From NCBI GenBank assembly GCA_000025185.1, contig CP001848.1, forward strand, positions 5,880,001 to 5,912,000: DNA of 32,000 nt. Reading direction: 5' to 3'. The notes under the pieces are model-generated. The model was not told the origin of the DNA, did no database searches, and saw only the letters and a list, made by a program, of their open reading frames with translations. Positions 8,876 to 17,756 of the stretch are shown in pieces; positions within the stretch are counted from its first letter, which is position 1; the number at the start of each line of letters is the position of its first letter. The stretch is from Pirellula staleyi DSM 6068 (GTDB lineage: Bacteria > Planctomycetota > Planctomycetia > Pirellulales > Pirellulaceae). Both the position numbers and the translations under genes were made by a program.

Positions 8876-9577
8876 ATGGCCACAATGAGCGACGCTGAAT
8901 GGGAAGCCATCCGATTGACGCTGCTGGTCGCGCTCACCGCAGTGGCCTTCAGCTTGCCGTTGGCGATGGTCACTGGGTGGGTCTTGGCCAAGTGGCAATT
9001 TCCTGGCAAGTTCCTGCTCGAAACCGCCGTCCATTTGCCACTCGTACTGCCACCAGTCGTCACTGGGTACTTGCTGCTGGTGACTCTCGGGCGTCAAAGC
9101 TTCATCGGTTCGCTGCTCGAGTCGCAACTCGGTTTGAGGATGGTGTTCGACTGGAAAGGGGCCGCCATAGCTTCGGCTGTTGTCGGTTTTCCGCTGCTGG
9201 TCCGTCCCATTCGCTTGGCATTTGCCAGCGTTGATCCTCGATTGATCGAAGCCGCTCGAACCTTGGGGGCTTCTCCGCGCGATGCGTTTTTGTCGATCAC
9301 CCTGCCACTCTCGCGCCCTGGAATTCTCAGCGGCTGTGTCCTCGCTTTTGCGCGGAGCATGGGAGAGTTCGGCGCTACGATGATGATCGCCGGAAGCATC
9401 CCGGGACAAACGCGCACCGTTCCGCTGATGATCTACGCGATGCTCGATACCCCTGGCGGCCAAGCTACCGCCGAACGACTCGTGGTGGCGTCGGTCATCA
9501 TCGCCGCAGCCGCGATGCTGGCGAGTGAACTGCTGCAGCGTTATGCCGCGCGGCAAGCTGAAGGATCTCACGGATGA
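8876..9577 (+). CDS. modB: Molybdate ABC transporter permease
   Basis: This is a multi-TM MetI-like permease with ARTLGASPRDAFLSITLPLSRPG (EAA-loop region), typical of ModB. Its stop overlaps the modC start in an ATGA. Confidence 0.9.
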   Translation: MATMSDAEWEAIRLTLLVALTAVAFSLPLAMVTGWVLAKWQFPGKFLLETAVHLPLVLPPVVTGYLLLVTLGRQSFIGSLLESQLGLRMVFDWKGAAIASAVVGFPLLVRPIRLAFASVDPRLIEAARTLGASPRDAFLSITLPLSRPGILSGCVLAFARSMGEFGATMMIAGSIPGQTRTVPLMIYAMLDTPGGQATAERLVVASVIIAAAAMLASELLQRYAARQAEGSHG

Positions 9578-10212
9578 GTCGCGAGAGCCATCTTCAATTT
9601 AGTGCGGGCACAAAATACGCCACCGGGTTTTCCGTCGAACTAGCGTTTGATGCAGCGCCCGGCATTACGGCAATTGTGGGAAGTTCAGGAAGTGGCAAGA
9701 CGACGATTTTGCAAATGATCGCGGGCCTTGTCACACCGCTGCGCGGCAGCATCTTGCTCGGGAGCCGAACACTCTATTCGCAAACGCTCGGGATTTCGCT
9801 TCCTCCCGAAGATCGCAAAATTGGTTACGTTTTCCAAGACTATCGGCTTTTCCCCCACCTCTCGGTGGAAGCCAACCTGCACTACGGCCTGGCGCGCTCA
9901 CCAGACCAGAAGCTGGAACTTATTCAAGTGGCTGAAAAGCTGCAACTGAAACAGCTACTCAAACGTTTTCCGCGCTCACTGAGTGGCGGAGAACGACAGC
10001 GTGTGGCGGTCGCTCGCGCGGTGCTGCAGTCCCCTGCTCTGCTGCTGCTCGATGAACCGTGGAGCGCTGTCGAGCGAGAGCTGCGCGACACCATGGCCAC
10101 CTGGATCGAAAGCGTCGTCGAGCAACTTTCGATTCCTGCCATCCTCGTCAGTCACGATGAAGCAAGCGTTGCGCGCTATGCCCAGAAAATCGTGACGCTC
10201 GACAAACAGTGA
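9574..10212 (+). CDS. modC: ABC transporter ATP-binding protein, ModC-like but lacking a C-terminal TOBE domain
   Basis: It has Walker A GSSGSGKTT, signature LSGGERQRV, Walker B LLLLDEP and H-loop VSHD. The protein ends at 212 aa, shortly after the H-loop. Confidence 0.85.
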   Translation: MSRESHLQFSAGTKYATGFSVELAFDAAPGITAIVGSSGSGKTTILQMIAGLVTPLRGSILLGSRTLYSQTLGISLPPEDRKIGYVFQDYRLFPHLSVEANLHYGLARSPDQKLELIQVAEKLQLKQLLKRFPRSLSGGERQRVAVARAVLQSPALLLLDEPWSAVERELRDTMATWIESVVEQLSIPAILVSHDEASVARYAQKIVTLDKQ

Positions 10213-10255
10213 CACAGCGACGAAGCGTGATCGTCTAGCTATTGCAATCCTCTAG

Positions 10256-11290
10256 CTATGGATTGTCTGCCAAACGAACTGCGAGCCGAACAGCCGCAAA
10301 CAGACTGCTCGGGTCGGCTTTCCCTTGCCAGGCGATGTCGCAGGCCGTTCCGTGATCGACACTCGTTCGAATCACAGGGAGTCCCAGGGTCGTGTTAACA
10401 GCCTGCTCGAAGGCGAGCGCTTTGACAGGGATATGCCCTTGGTCGTGGTACATGCAAATGAAAGCGTCGGTGATGGCTCGCTTGGCAGGTGTAAAGCAGG
10501 TATCGGGTGGAAGTGGACCATCGATCTGATGGCCGCGCGCTCGAGCCGCTGCGATGGCTGGAATGATCACACGCTCTTCTTCGCGATTACCAAACAACCC
10601 ATGTTCACCCGCATGAGGATTGAGTCCACACACCACCATCTTCGGTGCGCGCCCACGAATTTTCAGGAGAGCGTCGGCTGTAAGATCGATCACATCGCCA
10701 ATGCGCTCGGTCGTCAGCAGTTCGGGCACTTCGTAGTATCCCACATGCACGGTGACGAACGTGCAGGTGATGATCTCGCTGTACTGCATCATGCACGAGC
10801 GCTGACTACTGGTGCGTGAAGCAAAAATCTCTGTATGACCGGGAAACTTCAGCCCCGCCGCATGCAGTGCCTCTTTGCTAATGGGGCCGGTGGTTACCGC
10901 ACAAACATCCTGAGCTATCACGGCATCAATTGCGGCCGAAATATACTCGTAGCTCGCGCGGCCCGTCATCGCGCTGATGCTTCCAGGGACCACACTCGCA
11001 GCATCGAGCGACGGAAGATGCACCACGGTTGGACGAACAATCGCACTCGGCGCACGGTTCCACTCGCCGAGCGAAATCACATCCGCCTGCCATGAAATCC
11101 CAGTGGCTGCCGATACTCGTGTAAGGACCTCAGCATCGCCGATCACGATCGGAATACACTCCCGCACGATCTGCGGATCGGCAAGCAAACGGAGGCAAAT
11201 CTCGGGACCAACGCCGGCGGCATCTCCCATAGTGATCGCCACACGTTTGCTCGGCATAACCATCTCGCAGCCCTTCCCAGATGCTTTCAT
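10256..11290 (-). CDS. pdxA: 4-hydroxythreonine-4-phosphate dehydrogenase
   Basis: ITMGDAAGVGPEI, FPGHTE, NPHAGE, MYHDQG and SVDHGTA.DIA are PdxA family motifs. The true start may be an internal Met (11263 or 11257, MVMPSKR). Confidence 0.9.
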   Translation of the reverse strand: MKASGKGCEMVMPSKRVAITMGDAAGVGPEICLRLLADPQIVRECIPIVIGDAEVLTRVSAATGISWQADVISLGEWNRAPSAIVRPTVVHLPSLDAASVVPGSISAMTGRASYEYISAAIDAVIAQDVCAVTTGPISKEALHAAGLKFPGHTEIFASRTSSQRSCMMQYSEIITCTFVTVHVGYYEVPELLTTERIGDVIDLTADALLKIRGRAPKMVVCGLNPHAGEHGLFGNREEERVIIPAIAAARARGHQIDGPLPPDTCFTPAKRAITDAFICMYHDQGHIPVKALAFEQAVNTTLGLPVIRTSVDHGTACDIAWQGKADPSSLFAAVRLAVRLADNP

Positions 11291-11419
11291 CCGCTCATCT
11301 CAAGATCAACAGCAGCCTTCTCTTGTTCTCCTGATCATCGTTCTCTTCAGTGTCACAGGAAAGGGGCCAAGAGGCTCGGCAATCGAGTCAGCAACACTAG
11401 ACGATCGAATACCCAGGGA

Positions 11420-11449
11420 TTGGCCGGTGACGAGGGTTCTGTCTATACT
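11420..11449 (+). promoter_or_regulatory. Candidate sigma70-type promoter for the beta-propeller gene
   Basis: TTGGCC (11420-11425), an 18-nt spacer, then TATACT (11444-11449), about 165 nt upstream of the ATG at 11614. This is a pattern match only, and planctomycete promoter rules are poorly known. Confidence 0.25.
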
Positions 11450-11613
11450 CGAGTCGAGCCAGCCAAAAGTTGCCCTGCGGAACGATCGAGCGCTTTGCTA
11501 CCGATCGCTCGAGCAAATTCTGCCAGCCGATCGGTCGTTCTCAACGAACTGACAATTTAGTTTCTCGCTGGTTCGTTTCCTGCTGGCTTCTTTTTCTTTG
11601 GGAGATTCGTGCG

Positions 11614-12951
11614 ATGCACGCTCTGGTTCTTGCCCTGACACTTCTAGGCGCTGATGCCGATGCTCGTTGGCCCGGTTTTTTGGGTGCTGGAAGTGGCACC
11701 GTTTTACCGGAATCGATCCCTTCCGAGTGGGCCCCTAATAAAAATATTGCCTGGCAAGTGACCACCGAAGGTCACGGGCAATCGAGCCCGGTGGTTTGGG
11801 GAAATGTGGTGGTGGTCTCGAGTGTTGATGGCGACATGAAGCAAACCAACATCGTCACCGCTGTCGAACTTTCGTCGGGCAAAGTGCTGTGGGTCGACAA
11901 GAGCGATTCGAGCGATCCGGTGAAGAACAGCCTCTATGTCAGCCGCGCGGCGCCGACCCCGGTGGCCGATGCCGATGGGGTGGTGGTGTATTTTGAGAGT
12001 GGCGATGTTCGAGCTTACGACTGGGAAGGGAAAGTTCGCTGGAATCGCTCGCTTTCGGGCGAATTTGGCAAGTTTAAGAACAAATTCGGCCTCTCAGCCT
12101 CCCCCGTTCAGTCCGCCACCACCGTCATTATCCTAGTCGACGATGAAGGCCCTTCGTACCTCATCTCGCTCAAAAAATCAGATGGCACCACCCACTGGAA
12201 AGTGGATCGCACCAGCCGCGTGAGTTGGAGTTCGCCAGCACTCGTCCCTGTGCAGCGTCAGCAGTACGTGGTTTGCAGTTCAGCTGGCAGTGTCGATGGC
12301 TACGAGGTGGCCAGTGGTGAGAAAGCCTTCTCGTACGACGAAGTGGGTGGCAACACCGCAGCGACGCCAATGCCGTTTGGTGAGGGACGTTTTCTGGTGG
12401 CAGCTAGTCCTGGGCGCGATGGGGGTGAACGTGTGGAACTCTCGAAGCAATCGAACTTCGCCATGCAGCTGGAACTAGATCAGGGGAAAGTGACTCCGAA
12501 AATCCTCTGGAAGACGGAAGAAGCAACGCCCACTTTTGGCTCTCCCATGGTTTACGAAGGATATGCCTACTGGGTGAATCGGGTGGGTGTGGTGTACTGC
12601 TTTGATGTCGCCACGGGGGAAAAAAAGTACGCCGAACGCATCAAGCAATCGATTTGGGCCACCCCTGTAGGGCTCGGCGACCGGGTCTACTTCTTTGGCA
12701 AAGATGGCACGACAACGGTGCTCGCCAAGGGCCCCGAGTTCAAAGTGCTGAGCGAAAATCAGCTGTGGGACCCCGAGGCGATTAAACCCGATCCCGCCAA
12801 AGCTGCTGCCGAGGAAACCCCGGAGCGTCGAGCTGCTGCCGCCAATTTTGCAGGTCGCACACAATACGGCGTGGCGGTGACTCCCGGCCGCTTACTGATC
12901 CGCACCGGCGAGGTGCTGTACTGCGTTGCAGCGGAGAACAAGCAACCCTAA
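11614..12951 (+). CDS. Secreted PQQ-like (BamB-like) beta-propeller repeat protein
   Basis: The ATG at 11614 gives the signal peptide MHALVLALTLLGADADA followed by WPGFLG. Repeated W/G-containing beta-strand blades run through the rest. The 11470-11613 extension is not protein-like. Confidence 0.8.
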   Translation: MHALVLALTLLGADADARWPGFLGAGSGTVLPESIPSEWAPNKNIAWQVTTEGHGQSSPVVWGNVVVVSSVDGDMKQTNIVTAVELSSGKVLWVDKSDSSDPVKNSLYVSRAAPTPVADADGVVVYFESGDVRAYDWEGKVRWNRSLSGEFGKFKNKFGLSASPVQSATTVIILVDDEGPSYLISLKKSDGTTHWKVDRTSRVSWSSPALVPVQRQQYVVCSSAGSVDGYEVASGEKAFSYDEVGGNTAATPMPFGEGRFLVAASPGRDGGERVELSKQSNFAMQLELDQGKVTPKILWKTEEATPTFGSPMVYEGYAYWVNRVGVVYCFDVATGEKKYAERIKQSIWATPVGLGDRVYFFGKDGTTTVLAKGPEFKVLSENQLWDPEAIKPDPAKAAAEETPERRAAAANFAGRTQYGVAVTPGRLLIRTGEVLYCVAAENKQP

Positions 12952-12987
12952 AAACCGCCTGTTACGGGCAATACGTCTCCATCCACT

Positions 12988-13023
12988 AAACCACTCGGAG
13001 GTTTCCCCTGCGAGTGGTTTTTG
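12988..13023 (+). terminator. Rho-independent terminator after the beta-propeller gene
   Basis: Stem CCACTCG (12991-12997) pairs with CGAGTGG (13011-13017). Three inner base pairs follow one G.G mismatch, with a 5-nt loop. The run TTTTTG (13018-13023) follows. It lies 37 nt after the stop codon. Confidence 0.65.
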
Positions 13024-13127
13024 CTTGCTAGCACGAGAGTTTTTACGATCACAGCAGAATTAACCCCTTACAGAGATTTCACTTACGATTTCCACATAGA
13101 TCAGGCAAAAAATTCAAGTCGTGGTTG

Positions 13128-13155
13128 TTGACGTCCGGCGCAGGTGCGATACACT
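13128..13155 (+). promoter_or_regulatory. Candidate sigma70-type promoter for the DUF1559 gene
   Basis: TTGACG (13128-13133), a 16-nt spacer, then TACACT (13150-13155). This implies a leader of about 230 nt. Pattern match only. Confidence 0.25.
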
Positions 13156-13391
13156 AAGCAAATCGAGACACGATCTCAATAAATATCTTGATCGTTACCC
13201 CTCAAGTCTCGTCCAACAACCGAAACGCCAGCCACCTTGGAAGTTCGATTCAGGTAGCCAGCGAGAACCAGCGAGTTGGATCGCCACGAGCCTCTTGCTC
13301 CACGCAAAAAGCTCGAGCGCGATTTCCATCATCGCTGATCGTTGTGGGTCCTTTACCCCTCAATGTTTCTCGCCTTCCTGGAGTGGCCTCC

Positions 13392-14279
13392 ATGCTACGC
13401 AATCGTTTCTCGCGACGCGCCTTTACGCTCGTCGAACTTCTTGTCGTGATCGCCATCATCGGGGTGCTGGTCGCCCTGCTTTTGCCCGCTGTGCAAGCCG
13501 CCCGTGAAGCTGCTCGGCGCATGAGTTGCCAGAACAACATGAAGCAAATCGGTATCGCGGTACACAACTACCACGACACCTTGCTCCAGCTTCCACCCGG
13601 TGAAGCGAACGGGACTTACAGTGGCAGCAGCGCCTTTGCCGCGATCCTCCCCTTCCTCGAGCAGAACAACGCGTTTGCTCTGTACGACTTCACGAAGGGG
13701 AACAGCGACGCTGCCAACCTGCAGGTGGTGTCGCAAAAGATCGGCACCTACATCTGCCCCTCGAACGTTTTTGCTCGCCCGGTTCCGATTGCAGGATGCG
13801 ATGCAAATAACCGTGCACCTGGCACCTATGCCTTCTGCGCAGGTTCGCTCGATCCTTATGGCACCCCTGCCAATGGCAATGCTAACAACGGTGCGATTGT
13901 GAACGGACCAAGCGGTCCGACAAACTTTGCCTCGATCGTCGATGGCACCAGCAACACGTTTCTGGCGGGCGAATCGCACTGGAACTTCCGCGATTACACG
14001 TTCACCTCCGGCACCTGCAGCGGCCAAGTTCGTGGTGGTTTCTCTTATTGGTCGAGCCCCTATCCGCTCGCCACGCTCTTCACCACACTCGGCCCCTTCA
14101 ATCCCAAGTCGATGGCGGGCGACAGCAAGCGTCTCATGAATTTTCGCAGCAGCCACCCAGCTGGACTGAACATGGCCAACGTCGATGGCAGCGTTCGGTT
14201 CTGGAGCGAAACGGTCAGCAGCGATGTGCTCAATGCCACCGCATCTCGCAATGGGGCCGAAGCGATTTCGGCTCCCTAG
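13392..14279 (+). CDS. DUF1559 / H-X9-DG prepilin-type N-terminal domain protein
   Basis: The ATG at 13392 gives [43 protein letters not shown]. The C-terminal H-X9-DG motif is [12 protein letters not shown] at 14154-14189. Confidence 0.9.
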   Translation: MLRNRFSRRAFTLVELLVVIAIIGVLVALLLPAVQAAREAARRMSCQNNMKQIGIAVHNYHDTLLQLPPGEANGTYSGSSAFAAILPFLEQNNAFALYDFTKGNSDAANLQVVSQKIGTYICPSNVFARPVPIAGCDANNRAPGTYAFCAGSLDPYGTPANGNANNGAIVNGPSGPTNFASIVDGTSNTFLAGESHWNFRDYTFTSGTCSGQVRGGFSYWSSPYPLATLFTTLGPFNPKSMAGDSKRLMNFRSSHPAGLNMANVDGSVRFWSETVSSDVLNATASRNGAEAISAP

Positions 14280-14370
14280 ACACGTGTTGCACCAAGTCGG
14301 ATTTGCTTCTCACATCGGCCAGCGATCATCACCATGGGCTTGCTGGCCACATTCCTGAGGAACTTTCGCC

Positions 14371-14850
14371 ATGCGTGGCGTTTACTTTTTGATTCGCATG
14401 ACCTTGCCTGCCATCGCCCTCGCAGCACTTACGGTAGCGATGGTCGGCTGTGGAAGCTCGGGGCCTGAGCGGGCACCGATTCGTGGGAGAGTCACCGTAG
14501 CTGGACAGCCACTCGCCTCGGGACGCATCCTGTTCACACCCGTTGCTCCCACCGAAGGACCAGCGACATCCGCCCGGATTGTCAACGGCGAGTATACGAT
14601 TGAACGTAAGGAAGGTCCTCTCGTCGGTAAGAATCGAATCGAGATCGAAGATGATATCGCTACCGATTTTGCCCTCGACGACGAAGCCGCTTATGCCCAG
14701 CGCGCGATGACACGCACGTTGCCTCGCAGCATTGTGCCTCCGCAGTACAACCGACAATCGCAAATCACGATCGAGGTACAGTCGGGTGTTGAAAATGCGT
14801 TTGATCTCGACATCGTGCCAGTACAACAATATTCACAGGCCTATCGCTAG
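14371..14850 (+). CDS. Small lipoprotein, carboxypeptidase-regulatory-like fold (usual partner of DUF1559 genes)
   Basis: Signal peptide plus lipobox AMVGCGSS, then IRGRVTVAGQPLASGRILFTP, typical of this small partner family. Confidence 0.7.
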   Translation: MRGVYFLIRMTLPAIALAALTVAMVGCGSSGPERAPIRGRVTVAGQPLASGRILFTPVAPTEGPATSARIVNGEYTIERKEGPLVGKNRIEIEDDIATDFALDDEAAYAQRAMTRTLPRSIVPPQYNRQSQITIEVQSGVENAFDLDIVPVQQYSQAYR

Positions 14851-14931
14851 TGCCGAGTTCACGCTCGGACCTCGAGATGCTTACCTGGGCGAAACTCTCC
14901 TAGGACAACTCTTTTTTGTGGAACCTTCGTA

Positions 14932-16641
14932 ATGATCTTGCGCAACACTCTCCGGCTGATGCTACCCCTTTTGCTGGGCGTTAGTCTTCAAGCCTTCGCC
15001 GATGAAGCTGCTCCAGCCAAAACCGACGATGGTCAAACCGCTCAATCGATGATGGACGCAGCCCATCATGGTCGTGCGACATGGAACAACTTCACCGGAT
15101 TTCGCGCCAAGATCCATGCTCAGTCTAGCGGCCAATCGGTTCACGGCACGCTGGCAGTGGCGGCTGATGGCAAGCTCGAGCTTAAACTCGAAAATGCTGG
15201 TGAGAACCAGGAGAATGTGGCCTGGATCGAGCGCACCTTGCGATCGACCATCAACCATCGTCTTTCAGAAGACCAAGGGGTGACTAACGTCGCTTTTGCC
15301 GATAACGATACGAGCCATCCGATGGGCCGCCTCGTCAAGAGTAACGATCCCGCGGAAAAGAGCCTCTGGCGAGTGCAAGGGGACGTGCTGACGGAAGTGA
15401 TTCGCAACAACGAAAAAACGCAGATGATCATCAGCGTTAGCGAGGTGCATCGCACCGCCGATGGCAAGCACTTGCCTCACGCGTATGTAGTGACCACCAC
15501 CGAGCAGGCCAGCAGCGAAGCAGCCGCTCCTGGCGCAGTCCTTTCAGTTCGCCAAGTCACCAGCCAGTGGACCACCGTGGGGCACCTCGATTTGCCCAAG
15601 CAACTTACCGCTGTGATTACTAAGCCGGGCGAGCGCCGCGTTGTCGAATCGATCACCTTCAGCGATCACGAGCTCCTGGTGAGCGCTAAGAACGAAGCCG
15701 CTTCGCTTCCTCCCCTCCCAACGCTTGTCACCAGCTTCGGTGCGGCTGTGAGCGAAGGGCATTTGTATGTCTATGGTGGCCAAAAAGGTGATGGGCATAA
15801 GTATTCGGAAGATTCGCAATCCAACAAACTTCAGCGACTCTCGCTCGCTGCTGGCAGCAAGTGGGAAGAACTTCCTGCTGGCCCTCGCCGAACCGGCGTA
15901 GCTGCTGTCGCTCACCAAGGAAAGTTCTATCGCATCGGTGGCTTCGAAGCTCGCAACAAAGATGGCGATGAATGGAACCTGCACAGCACCACCGACTTCG
16001 CTCGTTTCGATCCTGCGACTGGCAAGTGGGAAGAGTTGACTCCTCTTCCCGAAGGACGGAGCAGCCACGACGCCGCTGTGATCGGCAACGAGCTTTACGT
16101 CGTAGGGGGCTGGAAACTTGCCGGCGAAGGTGAAGGTGAGTGGCACGATACGGCCTACAAGTGCGACCTGACTGCGGCCAAAATCGAGTGGACTCCCATC
16201 GCCAAGCCACCGTTCATGCGTCGCGCTTTGGCTGTGGCTGCCCACGGCGACAAGCTTTACGTACTCGGTGGCATGGACGATTCGAACGAGGCGGTAACGA
16301 CCGTGAACGTCTACGACCTCAAAGCCGACAAATGGAGCGACGCCCCTGCTCTCCCTGGTAAGGGATTCGACGGCTTCGGCTGTTCAGCCTTCGGCACCTC
16401 GGCGGGGCTCTTCGCTGGCACCGGTACGGGGCAGGTGTTTCAGCTGTCGAGCGACGGCAAAGAATGGAAGGAAGTGGCCAAGCTGGCCCACCCTCGCTTC
16501 TTCCATCGGATGGTTGCTGGCGAAAACGGACAGCTGGTGGTGGTCGGTGGCACCAGCCGCCAAGGAAAAGTGGCTGAAGTGGAATGGGTGAACCTTCCAG
16601 CAGCAGCAAGTGCTCAGGCCAGCCCCTCGACCGTTCGCTAG
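14932..16641 (+). CDS. Secreted protein: N-terminal domain of unknown function (~260 aa) fused to a six-blade Kelch beta-propeller
   Basis: The signal peptide is MILRNTLRLMLPLLLGVSLQAFA. Six Kelch-type blade signatures are present: GHLYVYGG, GKFYRIGG, NELYVVGG, DKLYVLGG, AGLFAGTG and GQLVVVGG. Confidence 0.8.
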   Translation: MILRNTLRLMLPLLLGVSLQAFADEAAPAKTDDGQTAQSMMDAAHHGRATWNNFTGFRAKIHAQSSGQSVHGTLAVAADGKLELKLENAGENQENVAWIERTLRSTINHRLSEDQGVTNVAFADNDTSHPMGRLVKSNDPAEKSLWRVQGDVLTEVIRNNEKTQMIISVSEVHRTADGKHLPHAYVVTTTEQASSEAAAPGAVLSVRQVTSQWTTVGHLDLPKQLTAVITKPGERRVVESITFSDHELLVSAKNEAASLPPLPTLVTSFGAAVSEGHLYVYGGQKGDGHKYSEDSQSNKLQRLSLAAGSKWEELPAGPRRTGVAAVAHQGKFYRIGGFEARNKDGDEWNLHSTTDFARFDPATGKWEELTPLPEGRSSHDAAVIGNELYVVGGWKLAGEGEGEWHDTAYKCDLTAAKIEWTPIAKPPFMRRALAVAAHGDKLYVLGGMDDSNEAVTTVNVYDLKADKWSDAPALPGKGFDGFGCSAFGTSAGLFAGTGTGQVFQLSSDGKEWKEVAKLAHPRFFHRMVAGENGQLVVVGGTSRQGKVAEVEWVNLPAAASAQASPSTVR

Positions 16642-16691
16642 ACCACCCCTGCTGCTGAACGAGTTCAGCGGCCCTAACGGTACCCCCCAAC

Positions 16692-16740
16692 AAAGCCGCC
16701 CGAGATCCAGCATCTCTGGCGGCTTTTTCTGTTTCTTGAG
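16692..16740 (+). terminator. Rho-independent terminator after the Kelch gene
   Basis: AAAGCCGCC (16692-16700) pairs with GGCGGCTTT (16718-16726). An inner 5-bp stem (16702-16706 with 16712-16716) closes a 5-nt loop. A TTTTTCTGTTTCTT tail follows. Confidence 0.7.
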
Positions 16741-16964
16741 CCTCCTCCATCGCAAATCAAATCGACAACACACACAGATCATTTTGAATACACCCTGCGA
16801 TTTCAGGCAAAGGGCTCGCAACTCAGGACCACCTATAAAACAAGCCTAAATCAAGCATTTTCAGCTATTTCCACTGTAGTCGATCGGATTGGCATAGCCG
16901 TTGCCTTATAGCCCTCCGTGTTCGCAACGCCTTCCAACCAGTTAGTACGACAAGGGAAACTGCC

Positions 16965-17756
16965 ATGCTACTCTCACGACTCTTGATGACTTCGATCTGT
17001 GCTGGGCTTCTGATTTCGATAGCCGCACCAGCTGAGGCCAACCCCAACTTTCCGGGCTACCTCGGGGTGTATGTTTTCGAGGATTCCGATGGGATGCAAA
17101 TCAGCGGATTCATTCCCGATACCCCTGCCGAGAAACTCGCCAGTTTTGGCGACATCAGCACCGGTGACACGATTCTGAAGCTCGGTGGAATGCGGACTCG
17201 AACGCTGCAGGAACTTCGCCACGCACGCAATTCGATTCCGATGAACAGTGAGGCCAAGATGGTGCTGGTCGACCGCTGGGGCGATGTTTATCACGTTTGG
17301 ATTGGCCGCTCGCAAGCGATGGCCGCCATGCAAGCCCGAGGTGCCGCACCACGGTCGATGCCCGACACTTTTTCTCGGGGTGGACGTGGTGAAGGAAACG
17401 AAGGTGACTTCCGCAACAGCCGCGACCGAGCTCCTGGTGACCGTGGTCCGGGCCAAGATGGAGATGGCAGACGAGGTGACGATCGTAACGATAATCGGGG
17501 TGGCAACCGTGACAACAACCGAATCGAGGACCTCGATGATCTCCGCGAAGAACTCCGCGACAACTTGCGAGACCGTAGCAACGGGCAATCGAGTGGTCGC
17601 AGTGGCAACTGGAGTGGTCGACTCGACCTGGGACAGCTGCTCGATCTGGGGCAACTCCGTGGCAACGATCGGAGCGGTGACGACCGGAATGAAGGTCGAG
17701 ATGACAATGATCAGGATGACGATAACGACGATGATTTCCGTCCTCGCCGGAACTAG
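16965..17756 (+). CDS. Secreted PDZ-domain protein with a long Asp/Arg/Asn/Gly low-complexity tail
   Basis: The signal peptide is MLLSRLLMTSICAGLLISIAAPAEA. A PDZ-like core follows (GYLGVYVFEDSDGMQISGFIPDTPAEKLA...GDTILKLGG). From about nt 17380 the sequence is almost only D/R/N/G/E. Confidence 0.75.
   Translation: MLLSRLLMTSICAGLLISIAAPAEANPNFPGYLGVYVFEDSDGMQISGFIPDTPAEKLASFGDISTGDTILKLGGMRTRTLQELRHARNSIPMNSEAKMVLVDRWGDVYHVWIGRSQAMAAMQARGAAPRSMPDTFSRGGRGEGNEGDFRNSRDRAPGDRGPGQDGDGRRGDDRNDNRGGNRDNNRIEDLDDLREELRDNLRDRSNGQSSGRSGNWSGRLDLGQLLDLGQLRGNDRSGDDRNEGRDDNDQDDDNDDDFRPRRN
17622..17657 (+). repeat. Imperfect 18-nt tandem duplication (LDLGQL x2) inside the low-complexity tail
   Basis: ctcgacctgggacagctg is followed by ctcgatctggggcaactc. 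They are 14/18 identical, in frame, and both encode LDLGQL. Confidence 0.6.

Noticed and set aside
10234-10258. A TCTAGCTA direct repeat / TAGCTA palindrome pair between the convergent modC and pdxA genes
   Set aside because: The stem is only 6 bp and AT-rich, with an 11-nt loop and no U-tract, and it overlaps the pdxA stop codon. This is too weak to call a terminator.
17472-17480. An RGD tripeptide in the PDZ-protein tail as a possible adhesion motif
   Set aside because: It is expected by chance in a tail made almost entirely of R, G, D and N. There is no supporting context.
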